Shown here piece after piece: positions 42,560 to 53,289 of a stretch of DNA of 64,000 nucleotides; within the stretch, counting starts at the first letter, position 1; the number at the start of each line of letters is the position of its first letter. Position numbers and translations under genes: made by a program. The notes under the pieces are model-generated. The model ran no database searches. It saw only the letters and a list, made by a program, of their open reading frames with translations, and was not told the origin of the DNA. Source of the stretch: the human T2T-CHM13v2.0 reference genome, Homo sapiens; assembly GCF_009914755.1 (NCBI RefSeq), contig NC_060941.1. One strand, given 5' to 3'.

Positions 42560-43500
42560 CAGTGTATAGGATACAAGACAGAACTGCAGGTAAAGTCTGA
42601 CTCTTTCCAGCATAGCTAGGAGACATGGCTAACTCCACCTGTCCCCCAGGCCTTACCTAGAAGTTGAGCAGCTCCAAACCAGGTAAACAGAACAATTTTC
42701 CAAAGTCAATCAATTTATGACGTTAAAGCACTTCTAAAATTTAACCTCTGACTTAAATTAGACAAAATGGATAAATTTTGATGATTTTTTTTACCAATGA
42801 TTTTAACACTGTCTTTATTTCCCAAAGATTACTGAAGTCATGTGAAATAAAAGGCATTGGAGATTCTATTTTTCTGACAAAATATTTAAGAGCCGTCCTT
42901 TTCTTCTAAGCCAAGTAATTAGGGCTCCTTTACATATCCATCACATACACAACACTCCTAGACAGGAGAAGATCTAGCAGTTGTAAGTTTTTCTTTCTCA
43001 TTTTATGAACCCTAGCACAACTTCCACAGACCATCTATGACATGAACTTTCTGACTTTTCCTGTATTTCCCTCTTTCATAATTAGTCATTCTACTTTAGG
43101 ACAAGAATTTGCCATACAAGATCCTCTCTCATATAACATTTCTTTCCTTCATAACTTTTTTACCATAAATACATCTTCATATCCACAACTTTCTTTAGAT
43201 CTCTCTCCCCGACTGATTTCTGATGCCCAACCAAACCTAAAAGGTCAGATAACGCAAAACAAAACAGAGGAGAGCCTTAGATTTTGAGAGAGACCTGTCT
43301 GCCTGAAGTTCTTGGGGTTCCATGAGGACAACAGAGGTTTCTCCTAAAATGGGTTTTGTAGCACCTTCTGTTTTTCTTTAAGGAGTCCCAGGCTGTCAGA
43401 AATTACCGTAGATCCTCTCATGTGGGCACTGAGTGGCAACAAGACAGACTAGGGAACAGTGGCAACAAGACAGACAACTGAGCAGAAAAAGAAAAACTTA
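42560..43500 (-). mobile_element. ERV1 (MER4-group) internal fragment
   Basis: CTGACTCTTTCCAGCATAGCTAGG..CCAGGCCTTACCTAGAA; TTTATTTCCCAAAGATTACT..AAAAGGCATT resemble recalled MER4-group internals. Confidence 0.5.
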
Positions 43501-44512
43501 CTACAGTCCCCACTGTAAAGATGGATAAACTGAGGCACCAGGCAGTTTAAAAATTCATGTTACATAGAGTTTGGCTCCACAGCTCACTCTCTTAACCATC
43601 CTGTAATTTTGCTGAATCTATGCCCAGTCACTGATGCACCTGTATGGTACCTCATGGCCCCCTTAGAGCTTAGAACCTGGGTTTCATTTCTGCTCTACAG
43701 CTATAGAATTTAACAATTTTCCTCTGAATTTGTTGGATTCTAACCCTATATTTCTAAAATTTTATTAATATTACTGAATCTTAAAGGGAGCTGTGATGTC
43801 TTTAGTCTTTAGAAATATTAAATCTATAAACAAAGGACTATATGAAGTTAAACTGTATTCAAATTTCTACATGCTTTAAAACATTGAGGCAACGTATTAA
43901 GAAACACACCTAAGAAACTGCAACCAATCTACTCTGGACAAAAATTTAGATACTATCTCTTCAAAATAAGCTACCTAGTGGTATTTATACATATTCTTCC
44001 AACAGTATCTTACATGCTCATAGCCTTAAAAATAACTAAAGTGTCAGAATTATAGGCATTACACATTTCTGTTGGCTTGAAAAATGATACAAAATGCATA
44101 AACCTCTAGAGTGATCAGTTTAATAAAAGAGTTCATACCAAAGGTAATAATACTAGGAATCAAAGAGGGCTAAACACTGCAGGTTCTTAAAGGCAAAAGT
44201 TAATAAAACCTTGTTTTTGGTTGTGAATGTTTACCTTACAACATTAGACACATGATTCTTCCCCTTTCTTTTTCCTCTTGCAAAGATGTGGTGATGAACC
44301 CTTTGCTCATGCAGATGACAATACTCTTGAAAATGGTGGCAGAAAAAAAAATGAAGGGAATATGGTTCAATTAATCATCTCATAAATTAGAACTTATTAC
44401 CCCTGTGACTCTTGCATAGCTCCAGAAAAAAATATGTGAGAGAGATGAAATGGCTGTTTGCTACCAATATTTTGTGATGCTTCATTTTTTGATTCCTTGA
44501 ATAACACATTAG

Positions 44513-44643
44513 TCCATTTATGCCAGAGGTTGCAATTTTTTGAATTTTTGCATAAGTGAAAAATCAGACCTTGCCGATGACATTTAACAGTAAGATATAA
44601 GTAATTTCCACATGCTTAGCATGGAACACTAGGCATAAGTGGG
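44513..44643 (-). mobile_element. MER85 piggyBac-derived MITE with a 9-bp internal deletion
   Basis: TIRs tccatttatgcc / ggcataagtggg; degenerate TTAA targets (ttag, ttga); internal GCTAAGCATGTGGGA..CAAGGTCTGATT..GCAAAAATTCAAAAAATTGCAACC on the minus strand. Confidence 0.9.
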
Positions 44644-46716
44644 TTGACACAATTATGAAAACATGGCTATTCAAGTAACTAATTATACAACTGATTTTTT
44701 TTCCTCATCTCTAAAACATAGTAAAGGATCAGTTATTTAAAAAACACAACAGTGACAAGTATTTTATTTTTAACTCAGTTTTGGTTTGTTAAGGCCATTG
44801 CTTGGCATAAAAATACAAAAACAGGAGGAGAAACAAGAATACAAACATGAAATAGAAGCAGTAGCAAAAGAAAATGAAGAGGAACAAGAAAATGAGAAGA
44901 AAATACACAATGGAAGAAAGGAAAAAGAACAGGTGTGGGAATTAGAAGGCCTATCATATGACACTTTTTATCCCCTGCTCGATTCATAAAATTTGAGTAA
45001 CTCCAAGAGTATCACAACAAAAAACAAGCAAAAGGATACATAAATAGTCACCCCCTAAATTTTGTTAAGAATGAGATAATGCTGCCACTCACGCCTAGCT
45101 CAGGCACCAGCAGGAGGAGGGCACTCTCCAGAGATTGCAGAAGGGGGAGGACTCCTCTTTGTCCTAGGTGTACCACCACCACTGCCACCGAGGCCTTCGT
45201 TACAGCACCCACAGGTTCCTCCCCACCCCAGAACGGGATGGGCCCTGCAGTGCTCCTACTCCCCCTTCCCAGCCCCCAGACTTCCTACTGCTACCACCAC
45301 TAGCGCCAATGCCAATACAACCAGTCACCCTCAACGTACCAGCCCACCCTACCAGGCTCCTACCTCCAGGCCCCCGTGGGTGCCCTCCTACCGCTCCAGT
45401 CGAGCTGTGGTCTCCATCTCCACCACCAACTGCATGAGGCAAGCTGCAGAGCCACGTCATCTGCTCCACCGTACCACAGGCGACTCCTCCTTCTCCTCCT
45501 TCAGCCTGGCTTGGAGCAGCTGGGCAGGCAAAGCCAGAAAAGCCGAAAACAGGACTCAGGGATTGGAACCATTAGAGCCTCACCTCGTTATGCTGGTGAC
45601 TGGGTGTCAGGGATCAGTTTCATTGAAGGCACTCACACCCACCTTCCAAAGTCCAACCCCTCCTGGCAAAAGCTGGCCAGGAACTGGGGCCTGGGGTGGG
45701 AGTGAGTGCCTTCACTGAAACCGGCCCCTGGCCAAGTCCAGCTGGCCAGGAATTGCTGGGCCCACCAAGGCTGCCCTCCTCCGGGAGCCTGAGTAGGAGA
45801 AACTCAGACCCAGCCAGCGCTCCCCACCCAAGGGCTGGTTCCCATTCCTGACACCTCCACCCACAGTGCCCTGTCTCCCACTTCCCCCATGGTGCATACT
45901 ACTCCCTGCCTGGTAGTCCCAGGTGGTCTTCGCAACACAAAGCATGAGGGCAGGCCGGGAAACCACAGTGGGTGTGGAGGCCCTACCATGCAATCCAGCT
46001 CGAGTGGAGAAAATCGCCTTCTAGAGTCTGGAGTCCGAGAAGAGGAAAACCATCCCTTACTTGGAAGCTATGAGAAGAAGGAGGCCACTGCTGTCACTGC
46101 CACTGCCACCTCCTCAGCTCGTCAATGCCGCTGGCAGTGTAGCCCCCATGGCACCCCTAATCTGCCCCCTGCCACTAGCAGTGTAGCCCCCAGATAGCAC
46201 ATCCAATACATCCTACAGTTTCAGGCAATGTAACCCCAATATCCCCCCACAAAAGCACTCCCCCCACACCTCAGGGAGCATACCACCCAATAGTGCCCAC
46301 AATCTGACCCAGCCACGGGCAGTTCAGCTCCTAATGGTGCACCCCCCAGTCACAGACAGTGCAGCACCCAACAACGCCCCTAAACCACCCCCACTGCCAG
46401 CATTGTAGCCCCAGTTAACTCCACCCAACCCACTCCCTGCTGCTGGCAGTGCAGCAGAAGATAACGCCCCTAATCCTTCCCCAGCCACCAGCAATACAAG
46501 CTAGTGTACACAATCTGCCTCCCCTCACCACCCCTGCCACCACGGGCAGTATAGCCCCAGATAGCCAAGCAACCTGCCCCACCACCAGCAATGCAACCCC
46601 GGAGAGTGCCCCCAACCAGACCACTGCCACAGGCAGGGTAGCCTCTAGCAGTGAACCCCAATAGGACACCCAACACTTGCCCCCAGAGGCACACAGGGCA
46701 GGCCAGGAAAACTCAC

Positions 46717-47045
46717 CTACCCCATCACGTTTCTACCACTGTGGCTAAGCTGCAGTCTCCGACGTCACCACCAACCACAGCGAGGCAAGCCATGGTGGCA
46801 CAGGTTCCAGCCTCCAGCATGTGGCAGTGCCTCTTCCTTCTAGTCCTCCAGCCTGGCAGGAGAAGCTCCTGCTGCTGACCGCTCTCCTACTGCTCTATCG
46901 CCACTACCAACCGCAGCGAGGTAGTGACCCAGGCTCCAGGCTCCATCCATCCTCCACCCTCCAGCAGGTGGAAGGTTGCGGCTTCTTCCAGTTCTCTAAG
47001 CTGGACACAGAGTTGCTCCTCCGCTGGACACAGAAGAGCCTGAAA
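46717..47045 (-). ncRNA. Candidate first exon of a minus-strand lncRNA
   Basis: Begins about 30 bp after the minus-strand TATA box; ends at GGGGTAG|GTGAGT (46717/46716). Confidence 0.35.
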
Positions 47046-47069
47046 TGACCTGACGCCACCTCAGCATGC

Positions 47070-47314
47070 TTTATATATGAGGTTATGCAAATGCAGTTCC
47101 TGGACTACATGTTCTGATTGGATGAGAAAAAAAACCTCTAGGCCTACTCTGATTGGACTTTATTTTCATGCTGTGATTGGTTGTGTTAAGACTTGCTCTC
47201 ATCCAATCAGAACATGATCATAAAGTCCAATCAGAGTAAGCCTGGAGGTTTTTTTCTCATCCAATCAAGACATGCAGTCCAGGAACCTCCGTGGGCATTA
47301 CCGCAGTATATAAA
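47070..47314. promoter_or_regulatory. Palindromic bidirectional Pol II promoter
   Basis: TATATAAA at 47070-47077 (minus) and 47307-47314 (plus); ATTGG at 47117, 47152, 47176; CCAAT at 47203, 47227, 47261; ATGCAAAT at 47085-47092. Confidence 0.8.
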
Positions 47315-47339
47315 TGATGCTGAAGCGGAAACACGTTTT

Positions 47340-47501
47340 TTCAAGTTCCTGTATTTTTATGTGGAGTTGCTCACTGCCCAACGTAGAGGACTAGGAATCA
47401 GGAGTCGGTGGCCGTATGCTGGAGGCTGGAGCCGCGGGAGCGCGGCTCGCCTCGCTGCGGTTGTTGGCAGTGACGGAGAGAGAGCAGCGCGGCTGGAGCA
47501 G
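47340..47501 (+). ncRNA. Candidate first exon of a plus-strand lncRNA (CCDC144NL-AS1-like; identity unverified)
   Basis: Begins about 30 bp after the TATA box; CpG-rich; ends at GAGCAG|GTAGGA. Confidence 0.4.
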
Positions 47502-48868
47502 GTAGGAGAAGGAAAACAGTTTTGGGACAGATAGAGGGGAGTAACGAGGGTAGTTAGGGCCAAAGGGAAAAAAGGATAGCTTAGCCGGAGAAGGCATTGC
47601 AAAAAGATGGCAGCGAAAAGATGGTGGGGAAAAAAGTTTTTGGGTAGATGGAGGTGTAAAAACAGGGTGGGGAGCGGGAGGGAAGGAAGGTTTTGCAGAA
47701 AGACGGTGGGTAAAAAGTTTAAGGGTAGATGGAGGGGGAAAAGAGGGTGGCAGGTGGGCGGAGGAAAGAGAGGGAGGTGATGGGGGAAAAGGGGGGGGAA
47801 GGGAGAGAAGGTTTTGTGAAAAGACAGTGGGGAGAAAATATAGTGAGGGGGAAAAGTTTTTGGGTTGAACAAAAGAGGGTAGCAAGTGGCAGAAGGAAAA
47901 AGAGGGTAGCCAGCAGGAGGAAGACAAAGTTTTGTGAAAAGACAGTGGCAGAAAAGAAAGATGGTGAAGAAAGAAAAGACGGGGGGTGAAAAGTGTTTTG
48001 ATAGATGGAGGGGGGAAGAGGATAATGAGGAGGAAAGAGGGTGGCGACAGGTAGCAGGGATGGGGGTTGGGAAAACAACGGAAAAATAGTTTGGGGCAGA
48101 GGGAGGGGAAAAAGGGTGGCAAGCAGGATAGGGGAAAAAAGCACTAGTGGTAAAGGGGGGAGACTTTGAAAAGATCGTGGGGAAAGTTTTGGGGTGTAGA
48201 TGGAGGGGGAAAGAGGGAGGTGAATAGCCGTGGGGAGAAGGCTTTGTGAAAAGACGGAGGGAAATGTTTTTGGGTAGATGGAGAAGCGAAAGAGAATGGC
48301 AAGGAGGAACGGGGAAAGACGATGAAGAAAACAGTTTTTGGTTGGATGAAGCAGGGAAAGAGGGTAGTGAGCAGCAGGAGTGGAGAGAAGGTTTTGGGAA
48401 AAGACGGGGGAAAATGTTTTTGCTTAGATAAAGGGGCAAAAGAGGGTGATGAGAGCGGGACGGGGAAAAAGAGGGTGGCCAGGGATAAGGGGAAAAGAGG
48501 GTGGGAAGAAACTGGGGAAAGGGTTTGGGTAGATGGATGGGGAAAAGGGTGTTGAGCAGGAGAGTAGAGGCGGCTTTGTGAAATGAGGGTGGGCAAAAAA
48601 TGATGAAGTTTGGGGGCAGATGGTGAAAGAAAAAGGGTGGTGAGAGGGAGGGGGCCAAAGGCCGTTTGGAAAAGAAGGTAGGGAAATAATGGTGGGGGAC
48701 AAAGGTTTGGGGTAGATTTTTTTAATAAGATCATTTGTATGTTTGCTTTTCAGTAGTTTGAGTTCTTTATGCATTTTTTGTATGAACCCCTTGCCTGATG
48801 CATGGTTTGCAAATACTTGCTTCCATTATCTGGGTTCTTTCATTTTTATTAAATTTTAATTCAATTTA

Positions 48869-49163
48869 ATTTTTTTTAGACGGAGTCTCGGTCTGTCGCC
48901 CAGGTTGGAGTGCAGTGGCACGATCTCCGCTCACTGCCAAGCTCTGCCTCCTGGGTTCACGCCATTTTCCTGCCTCGGCCTCCCGAGTAGCTGGGACTAC
49001 AGGCGCCTGCCACCACGCCAGGACACTTTTTTTGTATTTTTAGCAGAGACGGAGTTTCACCATGTTGTTAGCCAGTATGGTCTTGATCTCCTGGCCTCAT
49101 GATCGGCGCCCCTCAGCTTCCCAAAGTGCTGGGTGTACAGGGGTGAGCCACCGCTCCCTGCCT
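48869..49163 (-). mobile_element. AluY
   Basis: CAAGCTCTGCCTCCTGGGTTCACGCCATT; GTTAGCCAG. Confidence 0.92.
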
Positions 49164-49206
49164 GTTTTTTCATTCTACTGATTGCTTCCTCTGCTTTGCT
49201 GAGGCG

Positions 49207-49500
49207 TTTTTTTTGTTTTTGAGACGGAGTCTTGCTCTGTCGCCCAGGCTGGAATGCAGTAGCATGGTCTCAGCTCACTGCAAGCTCTGACTCCGGGTTC
49301 ACGCCATTCTCCTGCCTCAGCCTCGCGAGTAGCTGGGACTGCAGGCGCAGGCTACCAAGCCCGGCTAATTTTTTGTATTTTTAGTGGAGACGGGGTTTCA
49401 CCGTGTTAGCCAGGATGGTCTCAATCTCGTGAACTCATGATCTGCCTGCCTCGGCCTCAAAAAGTGCTGGGGTTACAGGCGTGAGCCACTGAGCCCGGCC
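49207..49500 (-). mobile_element. AluY
   Basis: CTGCAAGCTC..TTCACGCCATTCTCC..CCGTGTTAGCCAGGATGG. Confidence 0.93.
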
Positions 49501-52500
49501 TGGAAACGTAACTTTATTTTTTAGTGTTGTATTTGTGCATATACTTTAATAGCCCTGAGTTTTAATAAAGTTGCTTTTAAAAAATGTATCTTATATTTCA
49601 GAAATACACCCTAAGGCATGTGATTAGTTGGGTGGCATGTTGTTTAGTTTTTACAATTGAAGGATTGTCATTCCTTTGTACAAAAAAAAAAAAAATTAAA
49701 CGTGAATTTTTATCATATGCTAGAGGAAAGAAGGCAGATACTAAATAATAAATATTGTATGCTTCCACGTAAATAAAATTTGAAATTATATAAAGACAAT
49801 GCATTAAACTTTTCTGGGGTTGAAGTGGGGAATTCACTGGCAAAGGTCTTGCAATAAATGTGTAGGTGAAGGGAATATTCTATATTTGATTGTGTAGGTG
49901 GTTATCTAGCTTTATAAATTTGTAAAACTGAACTGGACTAAAATGTGTGCCTTATACGCAGATTATTCTATAAAACTGATTAAAACTAGTTAGAGAATCA
50001 GTCAAGGGGAAAAGAAAGAAAAGGCACGTGAAAAAATGCCAATGCACTAGAATTATCTTTGATGACATTAAATATAGCCTGGTCTTCTCTTAATTCTTTT
50101 TAAAATTTACGTAGATTTCTCAATCCTTTGATACTTTTTCCTCAACACATCTTATATTCTCATATATGTTAATGTATGGCTACATAAGAGAGGGCTCTCT
50201 TACAGTTGGACTGGAACAGCTTGATATTTATATCTAGAGATGCATCGGAAGCATAACACTGACCCGTGAGCAAGATGAAAATGGCATGTGCTAGTTAGTG
50301 ATTCCTAATGTTGCTTTAAGTTTAGTGCCAACTGGTCTACATCGTTGAGAATGTTTAGTTTGATGGTTTACACAACTTGGCTTAAGAAGTATATGACCAA
50401 CAATGTATGAGGGAGCCTGCTGTAAAGACTTTTCTGCACTTCCCTTTAATTATTATAGTAAGCTCAAATCTTGAAGGTTCATAATATACAGATAAACTGT
50501 GTCCGTGAGACTGAGAAAGGATCTTTAGGGAGAAAGGCCCTGTTCCTGAAAGACAGACATTCAATGATTTCCTGCATTTTATTTCTGTTGTACTTTACCT
50601 TTACCTTTATTAAACACTAATAAGGTGGTTCTTACAGGGCCTCATAGGCCTTTTTAGTTTTCCAACCTATTCATACTTGGTGCAAACCTAGTAATTTTTT
50701 GCGTGATAGTGTTGGGATTTTACTCTGAGGCTAGGCTTCACACTGTAAAAACAGCTTTTTGGAATTGTATCATTTTCAGTCTTCCCATCGTGTTCCACTG
50801 TCCCAGCCACACACACACCAGATATGAAGACTACAAGCAACCGCGAAAGGTGTAACACATGTATAGTAGATGTTTTTACCTCTTGTAAAATCTAAGGAAA
50901 ATATACTAAAAATGAAGGCATCAGTAAAACAGTATCATTTTAGGTTGACCTCGAGTATTTCAACATCAGTCTAGCTTCAGAACAATACATTTGCAAGGGG
51001 AAATGGTGTACTTTTGTGGTTTTTTTACACCTGTTATTTCAATTGAAATTGAAAAAAACTAATTTGAACTAACTATAACCATAAAAAGAAGGTTTTGTCA
51101 GTATTGAAATAAAATAAAATGCATTTGTGGGACTGACCTCAGGACGCATTTTAAATAGTCAATACTACCTCTAAATCTCATTCCCCCTTCTCTGAGCATC
51201 AGCTTTATTCTTATTCCATCTTTAATTTGGCACTGACAGATACAGACTCATTCTTACAACATATACCATCAGAAGTGAAACCTTCACTCTCTCCAACTCT
51301 TGAAAAATCTGAGATGCACTTTGACTATTCTCAGATCATGGATCTATTACTTGGATCAAAAAGTATTGCACAGGGAAGTAGATACTATGATCTCTGACAT
51401 TACAGTTTCAAGGTTGGAGTGAGAAAGGGATAGCTCCCTAACGAGGGAGTATCATAGAAATGATATTTTCATGGTTATACTTTTGTGAACTAGGCAGACA
51501 TCCCTTCATGTCAACTACATCTCTACTTTGAACAGATAAATATCCATGCATATACAAAATTATACAGTAACATAAGCATGACTTTTCATTAAAATTTTAA
51601 CCAAAACAGTCTATTTAGGTGAATAAATATCGATACAGGAGATAGTTTTGCTTGAATGATCTTTTACCCTTGGGGAGACATACATAAAAGAATGTCATAC
51701 TTTATTATGAAATGACTGTCCAGCATATTTATGAGTAAACTTTCATAATTTCTTTATTGTCTAAAATAAGCACAAAAACCCTTTTAGTTAATTAATATCC
51801 CTTTTTGATATACGGAATAAATATAAGAAAATAGCACAAATGGTATTATGCCAGCACACAGAAAAAGTTTCTGTTAAAAGTCAATCCTGTATTTTGAGAA
51901 CTTGACAAAATCATAATTGAAAATAGTGTGTTGTCTTACATGCAGATGTTGTGTAGTCAGGGACATCCAAATCAACCTACATCCAAATATTTCACAATTA
52001 GTCTTATTCTGTGAAGTATTATAAAATCACGCTCTCAGGAATATAAAAGCACAAAGGGACCCAGGACTCCAAATAGCCATTTATTCATTTCCTAAGGTTA
52101 GGTACAATGAGGACTGCATTTTCAACATTATCAGGGCCATACAGACATTGGAGCTTAAGGATAAGATCCAATTTCATAGCAATCTGTTAAAGGATAAGCC
52201 AGCGTAATGACCCAGATGTTCACCATAATAATTACCATCTTGAGTGATGATGCTATGAATACAAAGGAACACTGCATCTCTAAAATAAACTACGTTTATA
52301 TGACGAGACCAATTTGATGGAAAGAAGGCAAACTGTGAATGGTAATTTTGTTTTCATTGTGTGTACTCATCTGAAAATACAATACTATATAATTAGAAAA
52401 CTTACAACACAAATAAGACTGGAAGCCTTAACTTTTTATATCAAATGTTCTGCACACAAATATAGCCTTTTACTGAAGATCTATGGATCCAAAATATTGG

Positions 52501-53289
52501 TAGCTATAATTATGCTTTGTAAAACAGAAGCTATGAATGCCTTACTACAGAAAGACACAAAGAATCATTTCCTTACTCACTGCTAGTAGACCCCGGGGCA
52601 CAGCATTTCCTGCCCAGATACCTGATTATTAATCCAGTTTTTGCTAGGGGTATACTAACTAACTAACGGAGATTGGTGTTTAAACCAGTTAATGCAAAGA
52701 AATGCTGTAGGAACTGAAATATTCCTTTTAAATTAACAAAAGTGTTCTTTCTAGATAAAGTTACATGAGGACCCAAATGTATAAAAGAATGTTTTGTTAT
52801 ATGGTTTTAGTACTTTGTTAGTGCCAGGTTAAAGACATGTGGCCCTAGATAGGATAACTACAGAAAAGAATTTGTTTACCTGCTTCACTAGAAATCCAAC
52901 AATTAAGTCAGTAACTCTATTTTCCAATATTCATTTCCTCCATTTTCTCATCTTTTTGATTGATGGTATCATTTCGTTATTTCATTTTCATTGACATGGA
53001 ATTCATTTAGGCTAAAACGACTTTTTGACTATTTGTATATATATATAATTTTAAAATCAATGAACAATATTGTTTCTCTATTTCCAAGATTATCCCTCTA
53101 TATTCTCTAAAGTCAATACCGTGAAACAGTCCAGATATGAGTCCAGGAATGGCAGTATGAAATACTGTAAAACTGGAAGCAACTTAGTAGGTAATCAATA
53201 GGGAAAATGAAACTCAATATAATTGACTCTAGTTAATGTAATGATGCATTTATTTTAGATTTTTCTTGCATTCCTAAGTCCTGCCTGGT

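Larger units (their letters stand above)
45080..48715. repeat. REP522-like GC-rich composite repeat: C-rich left flank, palindromic core, G/A-rich right flank
   Basis: Inverted symmetry about 47191; degenerate tandem units on both flanks; family name inferred from the known palindromic nature of REP522. Confidence 0.6.

Noticed and set aside
45712-45993. CCDC144NL 3' coding exon
   Set aside because: Only a vague recollection of similarity; reading frame and splice sites could not be confirmed, so no gene symbol is assigned.
46800-47600. Histone H2A/H2B gene pair suggested by the promoter motifs
   Set aside because: No histone-like ORF or 3' stem-loop on either side.
47357-48658. 433-aa Pro/Phe/Ser/Leu-rich ORF and overlapping ORFs
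   Set aside because: Translation of the pyrimidine strand of a low-complexity repeat; no recognisable domain.
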